Assembly (NCBI RefSeq): GCF_009914755.1
Contig: NC_060947.1
Origin: the human T2T-CHM13v2.0 reference genome, Homo sapiens
Length of the DNA: 64,000 nt
Direction: 5' to 3' (one strand)
The notes beneath the pieces are model-generated. The model was not told where the DNA came from. It made no database searches and saw only the letters and a list, made by a program, of their open reading frames with translations. Shown in pieces: positions 1-22,325 of this stretch (positions are counted from its first letter, which is position 1; each line of letters starts with the position of its first letter). Made by a program: the position numbers and the translations under genes.

Positions 1-79
1 ATTCTTTCTTGCTTGTGCTCACTATAGCTTTGTGCCCAATTACTTTGTCTATATTCTTTTTAGTTCTAATGTATTCACC

Positions 80-650
80 ATACTGGCAGCCAGAAGGGTA
101 TTTCTAATATGAACATCTGGCCAAAGTATTCTCCTGCCTAAAGCCCTTCTACATTTTGTCATACCTTTTAGAAAAAAGTGTGAATTATTTTAGCAGGTGG
201 CTCATGGCTTGTCATGATTGGGCCCCAAATTATTTCTTCATCCTTATCTCCCATGGCTCCCTTATTCCTCCACACATTTGGCTTTAGCCAATTTAAGCTA
301 CTTATAGTTCTCTGGAGATGCCATACTTAGTATATGCTTATATCCTTATTTTCCATTCTTCACCCACCAAATTCTTATGTGTTCTTCAAGGTACCATTCA
401 TTTTAATTTTACCTCCATTAGGAAGGCTTCCCTGATTTCTGCCCCCATGCAAAGTTAGGCCCTCAGCACTGTCTTCCCAAAGTTCCTCTGTTCCCTCATC
501 TCACCTCAGTTCTCAGAGTTCTGTATATATACTTGCCAGTCTTCCTTACTAGACTGTGCGCTCAAGGGAAGGACTCTCCACTATCCATATATATGTCTCT
601 AATGCCCAGAATGGCCAAGACCAGGTATATAGTCAATTTCTATTGAATCA
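80..650 (+). mobile_element. Degraded L2 3' end
   Basis: ctagactgtg..ctc..gggaagg terminal motif; boundaries approximate. Confidence 0.5.
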
Positions 651-1433
651 ATAGATAGATAGATAGATGGGAGGATGAAGAAGGAAGGGAGGAAATGGAC
701 ATGCTGTATGTCCCAAAAAGTTAAAAAAATGACCTATTAATAAAAATTACAGGGAGGCAGATTCCAGCTTGACTGGACCGCATTTGTTGAAAGCAATGGG
801 CCCCTTGTCATTGCAGGTATAAAAAGAAAATATAGATATACATTTAGGTAAGATTTCAAGTATCTGATGGAGGGTAGAAGAAAATTACCCTTAAGGTCTC
901 TTCTGTTCTTGAGCTCCAGTAATTTGATGAAGTAGGGAACAACAAAATGTGGTAAATGACCTAGTTCTAGACCACATGTCTAGAATCTAAGAGCAGTGAT
1001 AGTTCTGGTATGAATTTTGGGGCAGAATAAAAAATGTAGGCTTTTGAGGCAGACAGCCAAGCCTGAGGTCCAGTCCCACTTCCATCCCTTTGTATGAATT
1101 TTTGACAATTCATTTATGCTTTTGGAACCTCAGTTTCCTCTCTCTAACATGGAAATAATCTCTAATATGCAGTTTTGTTGTGAAAATTAATGACAGTCAA
1201 GTTTGATATCTGGAGCATACAAAGGGCACTATATATGTTGGCTTCATTAAAATTAATAGAGTCATTGTAAGCCAGGATGGTTAGGGAATGCTTCCTATGA
1301 AAACTCAGAGAAGATCAGGGAGGAATACTTTCTTTAATCTCATGGAGTTGCCTTAGGCATAATCTCACCTCTGCCTTAGGCATGATCTAAGCCTAAGGCA
1401 GAGCAAAGTGGAAAAGTAACTGGTGGTCCTTAC

Positions 1434-1490
1434 CCTGATGTTTTCTGCAATTATGCCAGGGTCATTACAAATGGACTCAATGAAAAACAC
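1434..1490 (-). CDS. PFKFB1: PFKFB1 exon 6 (VFFIESICNDPGIIAENIR); gene continues beyond window start
   Basis: 57 bp, flanked by ...tatag acceptor and gtaagg donor on minus strand; translation matches 6-phosphofructo-2-kinase domain. Confidence 0.95.
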
Positions 1491-1978
1491 CTATAAAAGA
1501 AACAGAAAAGAGATTTCCAGCAGGAAATTATGTTTGGTAGGAGCTGAACATAGCTTTACTCCTTTTCAATGGCTCTAAGTCATCTCCAGGGGCATCTCTG
1601 ACAACATAATGCTCTCATACAGTGGTACTTCCAGGCTTCTGAGTTTCATGAGGCAAATTGGCTCTAAACTGAATGACCCCAGACTGTTGTTTTATATCTT
1701 TACTGGGTTTAGGTCTTATATAAGTTTTTTGTAGTGACTCTCTCCACTCTTTCCCCATAGCCAGCCTGTCTGCAGTCAACTTCCATTGCCTAATGTGGCA
1801 CCCCTCCTTTCTTGTTCTGCTTTGCTGCTTCTGACTATATCCTGGAAAGTTAGAGAACCAAATTAAAATGTTGAGCTTATGGTTGCGGATTTGGCCGCTC
1901 TGAGTCCCCTGGTTTGCCTTTCTTTGGGGTTTGTGCTGGAGAAATAGGCTCTAGATAAGAGTTGGAGTGTTACCATAC

Positions 1979-2053
1979 CTTGTAACCATGTTCTTTTGCA
2001 AACTGCAGGATCAGTGACCGTCGTTCTCTGGTAGTGTTGGTGGCATCAAAAAC
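1979..2053 (-). CDS. PFKFB1: PFKFB1 exon 5 (VFDATNTTRERRSLILQFAKEHGYK)
   Basis: 75 bp, ctctag/gtatgg boundaries; DATN kinase motif. Confidence 0.96.
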
Positions 2054-2649
2054 CTAGAGGCAGGTAATGAGATTGGCTTACTCTGAATCTGGTGCTAACA
2101 GAACACCTACTCTTTGCCCATCCCTGTGCTAAGTGGAGGGCTTCCATATGGAGGTAGAACTTGAACAAGGTCTTGAAGGATAGGAAGGATTCATGATTGG
2201 CTTATGACAATTTCACAAGCACATATTGGGCCCTTATGGTCTGTCCAGAAATGTATGCTACCCTGTGAGTGTAATAAGGCAAGAGGAAATTGTGGGTTTT
2301 TATTAGGGTCATTTTATAGGTGAGGTAACTGAGGCCTAGAAGAAGTTGGCTTGACCAAAGTCACCGAGAGTTGCTGACAGAGCAGAGCTAGAACTGGTTC
2401 TCTCAATTCCTAGCTGAAGCTTCTTCCTTCCTTATCACTTTAGAAGTCCTCTAAAACAGGAAACAATTCCCTAACCTCAGCACCTGAGATTGGACCATTT
2501 GCATATTTGAGAATCTCCTCCCCTTTTATAATTTGCAAATCCTAGCCAAAATATTGACTAGATATTTAGGTAAGTCTCTATAACTCAAAACTGTTTGTAC
2601 TGCAGTTTTAAATTCTAATATAGTCCTGCTGAATTATTGGGGGTAGACT

Positions 2650-2905
2650 GGTAGTGTATAGTGGTTAAGAGCGGGGATTCTGAAGCTATGCAACCTGGAT
2701 TCCACTTCTGGCCCTGCCAGGTATACGTTGTACCACCTTGGGAAATTATTTAATGTCTCTGTGAACCATTCTTCTGGGCTCTGAATTGGGGCATAATAAC
2801 AACACCTATCTCAAGGGGGGAGCATAAAATTAAATTATTAATATATGCAAATACTCAGAACATAATGTTCTGTACACATTGGTAAATGTTCAGTACATAT
2901 TAGCT
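2650..2905 (+). mobile_element. MIR SINE
   Basis: gtggttaagagc...cttgggaaattatttaatgtctctgtg core; approximate. Confidence 0.65.
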
Positions 2906-2954
2906 AATTCCCTTCCCAGTAGTTACCCAAGGAAAAAATAAAAAATTTCTTTAC

Positions 2955-3021
2955 CGCAACATGACCTTCCTCATGGCTGAGATAGTTGTGAACATCCTTC
3001 AGGGCTGCCAGGGCGCACTGC
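2955..3021 (-). CDS. PFKFB1: PFKFB1 exon 4 (QCALAALKDVHNYLSHEEGHVA)
   Basis: 67 bp, tttcag/gtaaag boundaries; cumulative CDS 384 nt, in frame. Confidence 0.96.
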
Positions 3022-3686
3022 CTGAAATAGACCAGGAAAGAAAAAGAGGCAACCCTTATCCCCCAGGATGGATTTCTCTCTCATTGTCTGCAGTATCTTC
3101 TGTACCATCTCTCATGTCTTAGACTAACTTATCATGTATTGAACATCTACACAGGGTGCCCTACGCTTTAGGCACCGTGCTAAGCACAGAGGGGTCAAAC
3201 AGTTGAAAGTGGCTATGTGTGCACAGCTTACACGGTTTACGGGCAGGTATAAAGTGACACAATCAGGAAAAGCTGAGCAATGACAGAAGCCATAATATTA
3301 AGGGCTCCAACCCTTGAGCTAATGGAACTCAAGCTGAACTGTTTTATGGACCCAAGTAGAGCATGTGGTCTGTGAAGTAAAAGGCATTCCTGGCATGGGT
3401 AACACACAGGCATGACAGTGGCAATGTATTTATGCTTTCAGCAAAAATCTCTTTAGTGATTACTCACTGCCAGGTTCTATAATGAAGGCATAAGGCACAG
3501 GCTCTATTCTGCAAGTACTCAGAGTCTTGTAGTGCAGAGAGACCTTGAGGTTGAACTGATGAGACTACAGAAACTAGAGTAGGCCAAGGTATTGAGATTC
3601 ATGCCTCAAATGCTAAGCTGAGAAGTTTCTACTCTCTCCTGTCAGAAGTAGAAGACCATTAAAGGTTCTTGATAAGTGGATGGTTA

Positions 3687-3874
3687 TGACCAGAAACAGG
3701 ATTTGGGCAGGAAAATGGAAGGGCTGTTCCAACTACTGTTTGAGAGTCTAGAGGGCCTCCTTTCTGGTCCAGATTATTCTTGACCAGAAACAGGATTTGG
3801 GCAGGAAAATGGAAGGGCTGTTCCAACTACTGTTTGAGAGTCTAGAGGGCCTCCTTTCTGGTCCAGATTATTCT
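3687..3874. repeat. Perfect 94-bp tandem duplication (2 copies)
   Basis: 3687-3780 equals 3781-3874 (tgaccagaaac...agattattct). Confidence 0.97.
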
Positions 3875-3951
3875 GCCCTACTCCCCCAATATCTGAACAA
3901 GGGCCTTTCAGCCATGAGACAGCACAGGTTCCTAAAATATTGGGTACTTAC

Positions 3952-4045
3952 TTCCTGATTTGCAGGGCTTCCATGTTGTCTGGAAGAAAGAATTCATAGT
4001 TCTTGTAGCTCACTGCCTCTCGTCGATACTGGCCTAAATTAAACA
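3952..4045 (-). CDS. PFKFB1: PFKFB1 exon 3 ([32 protein letters not shown])
   Basis: 94 bp, tttcag/gtaagt boundaries; FNLGQYRR motif. Confidence 0.96.
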
Positions 4046-4189
4046 CTGAAAGCAGGGAGTGCCAGTGAAGAGGTTGGGAAGATCCCAGTGGCCAAAAAAA
4101 TGTCCTTGCTGGGAGGGACCTCAGAGGTAGAAGAAGGTATAATTTGTAGCTACAAAATGTGCTTTTAAAACTTCAAATTATGGCTACCA

Positions 4190-4370
4190 GTTTATTTATT
4201 CCTCACAACAGCCCTGCAAAGTAGAGATCACTATTACCATTTTATAAATGAGGAAACTGAAAGTTCAGAGATAGGAAATAACTTACACAGTGTAAGTTAT
4301 TTCCTATCTGTGGATATCTGAGATCAAACCCAGGTCTATTTAGCTCCATAGCTGGTGGTCTTTCCATTAT
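4190..4370 (-). mobile_element. MIR SINE containing a 41-bp palindrome
   Basis: cattttataaatgaggaaactga core; palindrome at 4269-4309. Confidence 0.65.
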
Positions 4371-4659
4371 TCTACTTTATCATAAATGCCAATCCTTAAA
4401 ATGCCCTACTCCAGTGGAAAGATGAAGAAATGGAGATCTAGGGAGTAAAATTAATCACCAAGGGTCAAACAGTGAGTGAGCTGGTGACAGATATAGACTG
4501 GACCTCCTGACTTCTAGTCCAAAGTTATTTTATTTTTCTATATTATGAGGAAGATTCTAAATCTAAATCTCTAGGCCATACTTTCCCACTTGCAATGATG
4601 AAAAACTAGAGAGGAGGGAAGGAAAGGAGGAGAAAGAAGATAAGCAGCCAAAGAGTTAA

Positions 4660-5290
4660 TATTTCATTCACTCATCTAACAAATACTTTTTGACTCCTAC
4701 TCTGTGAATCAGGATATGAGCTCTGGGTCTCAGGGATTAGCCCGATCTTCATGATGGGGCCTTTAAGGCACTCACAGTCCAACAGGTAAGACAGTGAGTA
4801 AACCAGTAAATGGAGAGCTCCCACAGAGTTTGTTCAATGCTCTGACAAAGACAATATTAAGCCACGGAAGACAGTGAGAGAGAAGGAAAGACTAATTGTA
4901 CTTGGAATGATCTGAGAAGGTTTCACCACTTGAACCAGGCTTTTTAGGGTAGGCACCTTTTACAGGCAGATATGGGCAGCGGGAGTCAGGAACAAAGGCA
5001 TTCCAGGTAGAGGAACAGCTTGAGCAAGAGTATGGCATTGGCAGAAGGAAGAGCATGTTTGGAGGATGGTGAGTCATCCACTATAGCTGAGGCCTGAGAT
5101 GCTGGAAGGGGCCAATTGTGGAGGGCCTTGAACAACAGGGTAAGGAGCTTGGATTTAAACCTGCAGGCCAAGGGGACCTTTGGAGGCCACAGGCATGTTC
5201 AGCTTTGTGCTTTGAAATATGACTCTGGAGGCCTTTGAGAGAATTGAGTGAAGAAGATAGAAAGCAGGGGAATCAGAACCCATGATGGGG
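4660..5290 (-). mobile_element. Degraded L2
   Basis: ttcattcactcatctaacaaatact tail; ggcattccaggtagaggaacagc motif; approximate. Confidence 0.55.
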
Positions 5291-6319
5291 CCCTTAAGGC
5301 AGAAACCCGTCTGCCAGTGTCCCATGTGCCTCTACACTCAGCAGATTTTCCTGAGAGCTTGCAGTCCTCCATGAGAGCTGCTCCTTCTCTCCTTCCCTTC
5401 TGCCAATGTCTTATTCCTCCCACAAGACTCAGCTCAAACATATCCTATGTAGGAAGCTTTCCTTGCCTTCCAGTTGGCATATCCCTTTGTGATTTCATAC
5501 AGCGCCCTGCTCCTGCTCTAGAATTCCTAGATGATATGAGGTATTCTTATACATCCCAGCTAGACTCAGAACTCCTCAAGGACAGGGTGTGAGTCTCAAC
5601 CAGTTTTGTATCCCCACTGCCTAGCAGGAGTTTGGGCACATGGTAAACCATCGGGAAACTCCTCACCAGTGAATTAGATAAAGAGAACATAGATGAACAG
5701 AAAGAAGAAATGGGAAAAAGAAACAAAAATTGGGGAGAGGAAGGAAGAGGGGGAGAGATAGAGTGAAGTGGGGCAGAGAGACAGGATGTTGAGATTAACA
5801 AGGAAAAGAAGGAGACAAAAAGAATGAAGAAAAGGAGACTATAGGGCTAACATGGGATTCTTTTCTCTTCCAATCAGTAGAATCATGCATTAGACTTGGC
5901 ACAGTGAATATCAGGCTTAGAATCAAATAGACCTGGGTTCATATCTTGGTTCTGTAACTGGATATATGCCTTTAGACAAGGCACTTCACTCCTTGGGCCT
6001 TAATTTCCTCAGCTATGAAATGGTGAAGAAGTGGTAATGCTAATAAAAGTAGTAATATTGGTATGGCAATAATAGTAATGGCAATAAAAATAATATGTTA
6101 CTCACAGGATTGTTTTGAGGTCATGGAACTTCTTGAGAGAAGACATTTAATCTTAATACTAGTTTTCCTATGCTTAGCACCTAGAGTGGTGTTGGGCACA
6201 AAGTATGTGCTCAAGAAGTTATAAAATGTATAAGAATGTAGTAATAGTGGTAGCAGTAGTCCTAATGCTGGTAATAATAATGATGGGGCATTTCTGGTAT
6301 TGAGGACTTTGGCCTTCTA

Positions 6320-6529
<210 letters not shown>

Positions 6530-6579
6530 TCAAAAGCTTATCCTCAGATTCATAGGCTCTTCTGGTATTAGGCCAGAAA

Positions 6580-11608
<5,029 letters not shown>

Positions 11609-12239
11609 GAATCAAATGGATATTTTGGACTAAAAATATAATAGCTGAAATAAAAACTTAGGAATGAAAGAGTAGATAGAAATTTCATAGGTATTACAAT
11701 GACAAGAGTATATAATAGCAATTCTAAACACATAAATTCGACAACATAGATGAAACAAATTCCTCAAAAAGAACAAACTGGCAAACCTTATCCAAAATGT
11801 AACAAATAATCTAAATAATCTAAATCCTTCTATAAATATTACTGAAATTGAATTTGTAATTAAAAATCTTCCCCCAAAATACCCAGGTCCAGACGGTTTC
11901 ACTGGCAAATTTTACCATTCATTTAAAGAAGAAATAGCATCAATTCTATACAATCTCTCTATGAAACTAGAAGACAGGAAAATACATATCAACTTACTCT
12001 GTGAGGCCAGCATTACCCTGATATAAAAACCAGAAAAATAAGTGATACAAAAAAAGAAAACTCCAAGTCAATATCCCTCATGAACATAAGAATCCTAAAA
12101 AAATGCAAATGAAATTTGGCTATATATAAAATAGATAATTAATATACCACAAGAAAGCACGGTTTTTCCCAGGAATACAAGGCTGGTTCAATATATGAAA
12201 ATCAATCAAAGCAATCCATTCTAAAGATGTAAAACCCCA

Positions 12240-12670
12240 TGGTATGGTTTGAATACATCCTCCAAAGTTCATGTGTTGGAACTTAATCTCCAATGCAACA
12301 GTATTGAGAGGTGGGACCTTTAAGAAGTGATTAGGTCATGAGGGCTCTACCTTCATGAATAGAGGCTTCTTCCCTCATGAATGAATTAATGGCATTAATA
12401 ATGGAATGGTTTAGTTAACTCAGAAAACAGTTCCTGATAAAAGGATAAGTTTGGCCCCCACACTCGCATGCACAGGCACGCACATAAGCACACTCTCTCT
12501 TGCCCTTTCACCTTCCACAATGGGATGATGCAGCAAGAAGGCCCTCACCAGATGTGGCCACGTGATCTTGGACTTCCCAGCCTCCAGAACTGTAAGAAAT
12601 AAATCTCTGTTCTTTATAAATTAGCCAGTCTGTGGTATTCTGTTTTAGCAGCACAAAATAGATTAAGATG
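12240..12670 (+). mobile_element. MaLR solo LTR (MST-like)
   Basis: TG..atggtttgaat start, ccagcctccagaactgtaagaaataaat end region, 5-bp TSD cccca at 12235-12239 and 12671-12675. Confidence 0.85.
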
Positions 12671-12944
12671 CCCCAAATTATATCAGCAGATGAAAAAAAC
12701 TTTTTACAAAATACAATATCCATTCGTAATAAAACTCTTAGCAATTTGGAATAGAAGGGAGCTTCCTTAACCAGATAAAGAATATTTACAAAAAATCTAC
12801 AGCTAATGTCATACTTTATGTTGACAGACTAAATGCTTTCTCTCTAATATCAGGAACAAGGCAAGGATGTCCACTCTCACGACTCCCATTCAACATAGTA
12901 TTGTAACTCCCAGTCAATATTATAAGGCAAGAAAGGTAATATAA

Positions 12945-13349
<405 letters not shown>

Positions 13350-13450
13350 TAAAAACCTTTCTAGTACCAATAAGCAAGTTTATCAAGTTCACAGGATACA
13401 ATGTCAACACATAAAAGTCAATCATAATATTATATACAATCAATAATTCA

Positions 13451-16975
<3,525 letters not shown>

Positions 16976-17314
16976 TCAAAATCAAAGTTAAAAAAAATTT
17001 ACAATAGTTCTAATAAGACAAAATCTTTAGGTATAACACCAATAAAACATGTATAAAAGATCTGTATGCTGGAAATTACAAAATGTTGTTAAAAAATCAA
17101 AGAGCTACATAAATAGACATACTGTGTTCATGGACTGGAATACTCAATATGGTAAAGATGTCTATTCTCCCCAAAGTGACCTATATACGTAACACAATAC
17201 CAATAAAAACCCTATCAGGATATTTTAGATATAGACAAGCTGATCCTGAAACTCATATGGAAGGGCTAAGAAACTACAATGGCCAAAACAATTTGCAAAA
17301 TAAAAACAATGTTG

Positions 17315-18773
17315 CTGAAACTTCAAATTATACTGCAAGGCTATAGTTACCAAAACAGCATGGTACTGGTATAAAAACAGGCACATAGAGCAATGGAACA
17401 AAATTCGGAACCCAGAAATAAAGCCAAATACTTACAGCTAACTGATCTTTAACAAAGCATGCAATAACATAAAGTAGGGAAATGATACCCTATTCAATTA
17501 ATGATGCTGGGATAATTGGCAAGCCACATATAGAAGAATAAAACTGGACCCTCCTCTCTCACTTTATACAAAAATCAACTCAAGATGGATCAAAGACCTA
17601 TACCTCAGACCTGAAATCATAAAAATTTTACAAGATAACATTGGGAAAACTCTTCTAGACATTGGCTTAGGCAAAGAATTCATGACTAAGAGCCCAAAAG
17701 CAAATGCAACAAAAATAAAAATAAATAAATGGGACATAATTAAACTAAAATGCTTCTGTGCAGTAGAAGAAATAATCAGCAGAGTAAACAGACAACCAAC
17801 AGAGTGGGAGAAAATATTCGCAAACTATGCATTTGATAAAGGACTAACATCCAGAATATACAAGAAACTCAAAACAACTCAGCAAGAAAAAACAAATAAT
17901 CCCATCAAAAAGTGGGCAAAGGACATGAATATAGAATTCTCAAAAGAAGATATATAAACAGCGAACAAACACATGAAAAAATGCTCAACATCACTATCTT
18001 TCAGGGAAATGCAAATTAAAACCACAATGAGATACCACCTTACTCCTGCAAGAATGGCCATAATTTAAAAATAAAAAAAAATACATCTTGGCATGGATGT
18101 GGTGAAAAGGAAACACTTTTATAGTGCTGGTAGGAATGTAAACTAGTACAACCACTGTGGAAAACAGTATGGAGATTCCTTAAAGAACTAAAAGTAGAAC
18201 TACCATTTGATCCAGCAATCCCACTACTAGGTATCTACCCAGAGGAAAGGAAGTGATTATATGAAAAAGACATGTGCACACGCATGTTTATAGCAGCACA
18301 CTTCACAATTGCAAAACTATGGAATCAACTTAAATGCTCATCATCCAACGAGTGGATAAAGAAAATGTATCCATTTTCTTTATATCATATACCATGGTAT
18401 ATATACACCATGGAATACTACTCAGCCATAAAACAGAATGAAATAATGGCCTTTGCAGCAACTTGGATGGAGATGGTGGCCATTTTTTTAAGTGAAGTCG
18501 CTTAGGAATGAAAAACCAAATATTGTTATGTTCTCACTTATAAGTGGGAGCTAAGTTATGAAGATGCAAAGGGGTAAGAATGATATAATGGACTCTGGGG
18601 ACTTGCGGGGAAGGATGGAAGGAGGGTGAGTGATAAAAGACTGCACATTGGGGCCAGTGTACACTGCTCAGGTGACGGATGCACCAAAATCTCAGAAACC
18701 ATCACTAAACAACTTACCCATGTAACCAAAAACCATCTGTACCCTAAAAACTATTGAAAATAAATAAATAAAT
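17315..18773 (+). mobile_element. 5'-truncated L1PB-like element
   Basis: ORF2 3' remnants, L1PB-type 3'UTR, (taaa)n tail, TSD aaaacaatgttg 17303-17314 and 18774-18785. Confidence 0.85.
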
Positions 18774-18785
18774 AAAACAATGTTG

Positions 18786-21700
18786 GTGGACTGAACTTTA
18801 CTACATGATTTTGAGACTTATTATAAAGCCACAATACTCAGGACAGTGTGGTATTGGAAAAAGGATAGCAATCTAGATCAATGAAATAGAATAAAGAGCC
18901 CAGAAATAGACCCACTCAAATTTTGGACAAAGTCAACTAATTTTGGACAAAGGTACAAAGTCAATTCAATAGAGAAAATAGAGTCTTTTCAACAAATGGT
19001 GCTAGAACGATTGGAAGTCCACTGCAAAAAATGAACTTGAATACTTAAACCTTACCCAAAAAATAATTCAAAGTGGATCATAGGTCTAAATATAAAATGT
19101 AAAACTATAAAACTTCTAAAAAAAGGACTTGGGAGAGAATGTAAAATATTGGATATGCCAATTAGTTTTTAGTTACATCACAAAAAGCATTATCCACACA
19201 AGAAAAAAATAGATAAATTGAACTATAAAAATTTAAACATTTTTATTTACGAAAAATTTTAAAATAAAAATTGTTAAATATTTACATATTAACATTTTTT
19301 TATCTGTGAAAGACACAAAGGAATGAAAAATGCCACAGAATGAAAGAATATACTTGTACATTATATATCTGGTATATCCAAAATATATAAATAACACTTA
19401 AAACTGAACAATAAAAGATAAAATTTAGTTTTAAAAATTAGCAAAGCATCTGAACAAACATTTCACCAACCCAAATGTACAGATGGCAAACAAGTGTATT
19501 AAAAGATAATATCAATCATTGGGAAAATGAAAATTAAATGTGTAATGAGAAACACTTCAAGATACAGCTATTAAAATGGCTAGAATTAAATACACATATA
19601 AATTTACATGACAATATGAAATGCTGGCAAGGATGTATTACAAAAGGAACTCTCACTCATTGCTAGTGGAAATGCAAAATGGTTCAGGCATTTTGGAAAA
19701 CAGTTTGGCAGTTACTTTTAAAATTTAACATACACTTGACATATGACCTAGCATTTTCACTCATACATACCTTTGGAAGGGAATTGAAAAATTAAGTTTA
19801 CACAAAAATGTATATGAGAATATTTATGGAGCCTTACTAAAAATCACTAAAAACTGGAAACAACCAAGATGCTCTTCAGTTGGTGAATGGATAAACAAAT
19901 TGTGGTACAATCATAAACTAGAATACCATACGGCAATTAAGATAACTGTTGATATTCATACAGCTAGGATGAATCTTAAATGCATTATGCTAAGAGAAAG
20001 AAGCCATATCCAAAAGCTGACATGTGATATAATTCCATTTATATGACATCCTGGACAAGGCAAAATTATAGGAACAGACAACTGCTCAGTAGTTGCCAGG
20101 GGTTGGGGGAGGTCTGAAGGGTTGACTATAATGGGCTGTACAGGAGAATTTTTAGGGTGATGGAATTGTTCTATACGGTACTATGGAAGAGGATATCTGA
20201 CTTTATACGTTTGTCAAAACTCACAAAACTGAATTTTATTGCATTCAAGTTTTTATAAATCAACCAAAATGTCTGAGCAACTCAATATTGAATGCAGTTT
20301 GCAACAAATGGTTCTAACTATATTACAAGTATATATATCATAATCTCACTAAATGGGGTGGAGAAAGAAAACCTGAAATAAATAACCACGAAAATAGTGT
20401 TTTGCTGAATATTTTAAGACTAATGACAGAAAGTAATTGTGTGTAGACACTGTACTCTAATTGATAAAATTGTTTCTCCCAGGGGTATGAGTTAACAATT
20501 CTGAAACTACCAGTGTAGTAGGGTGGAATAAATAAATAAACAAACAAACAAACAAATAAATAAATAAATAAATAACTTGTAGATAATGAGAGTCAGGTAT
20601 TTCACAGTCTAAGAAAGAAGCTCATAGTAAACAAGGGAGAAGGTCTAGAATGATGCCTTATAGTGCAATTTAGGGTCAGAAATGGTATTAACTCATGTTT
20701 ATTTTTAACGTATATATAAATAGACATCAAAATACAGACGGGTTAGCATGCACACAAATATTTCTTAGCTCTGTCTGCTGAGCGGGCTAGAATTAATGAT
20801 ACCCTAAAAGTAACAAAAGCATCCAGATCTTGGTTTCCAAATACCAATTTTCAATTACAGGAACCATGGTTTCTTGGAGAAGAGGCTGGTGTTATCTTGT
20901 AAAAAAGTAACGAAGTGCTAGAAAAATAAGGAGAATAGAAGTATATCAAAGGGACACAGGAGGGGAAAAGACAGGGATGAATAAGTGGAGCAAAGAGGAT
21001 TCTTAGGGCAGGGAAACTACTTTAATACTGCATACATGTCATTATAAATTTGCTCAAGCCTATAGAATGTGCAACTCCAAGAGTGAACCCTAAAGTAAAC
21101 TATGGACTCTGGGTGATAGCAATGTGTCAATGTAGGTTCATCATTTGTAACAAATACCCCTGTGGCAGTGGCTATTGATAATGGGAGAGGCTATGCATGT
21201 GGAGGGGAGGAAGGGAGAATATGGGAAATCTTGGTACCTTCTGCTCAATTTTGCTGCAAACCTAAAACTACTGTAAAATATAAAGTCTACTAAAAATAGA
21301 ACAGAACGCAGAAGCCAATATGAAAGAGTTCCTAATGGGCAAAGCTGGGACAAGGTGACCAACAAAATAAATAAGTTGAGTATTATAACCCAAATAATTA
21401 AATATTTATGAGTACACACTTATATATATACATTGTTGAATAAATAAGTAGGGGAGAAAGGAAAAATCTTTATAGAGGGATTCCAAATAATAAATGTAGA
21501 ATAAATAAGGGAAGCAGAAAATCATCATTAGAACACTACTGTAATAATTGCCACAGGCACAATCCACTGATTCATGCTAAAATTAGTGAGTGAAACTTTA
21601 AGGAGAATCTGAAGAGTTGCATAGGCTCAAATAATTTTACCCAAATTATTACAGTGTTTTTAATAAATTTCCACAAATTAGTTGATACTTCTCCCTCTAG

Positions 21701-22325
21701 GGGGTGGCATTTAATTTCCTTCCCCTTGAGTGTGGGCTGGACATAATGATTCACTTCCAAAGAATACAGTATGGGAAAGACAAATAGTAACCTGGCAGAC
21801 CACAACTAATCTAACAGTTCAAGGTTAATATCATCAGCAATAAGTCATGTTGATATCATCTTCCCTCTGATGTGATGTGATGAGAAGGATACCTCACCTC
21901 TATGGTATTCTCCTTAAAACCCACAGCCCCAGTCTAAACATGAGAAAATATCAGAAAATCTCAAATTGAAGGTCATTTCACAAAACACTTGACCAAAATT
22001 GTCAAAGTTATGAAAAACAAGGAAAGACTGAAAAGCTGTCACAGATTGGATGATTCTAAGGAAATAAGACAATTAATCCCAACGTGGTATGCTGGATTGG
22101 ATCCTGGAACATATAAAGGACGTTAGTGAAAAAACTGAAGAAGTCTGAATAAATTATGTAGTTTAGTTAATAGTAACTTACCCATGTTAATTTATTAGTT
22201 TTGACAAATATACCATGCTTATGTAAAGTGATAACATTGGTGGAAGCTGAATGAAAGGTATACAGCAATTCTACAATTGTTCTGTAAATCTAAAATTATT
22301 TAAAAATAAAAAGCTAAAAAATAAA
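18786..22325 (+). mobile_element. Ancient L1 3' region (L1MC/MD-like), continuing the host element
   Basis: Degraded ORF2 end and long 3'UTR motifs; boundaries approximate. Confidence 0.65.
20528..20574. repeat. (ATAA/ACAA)n microsatellite
   Basis: Seen directly. Confidence 0.85.
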
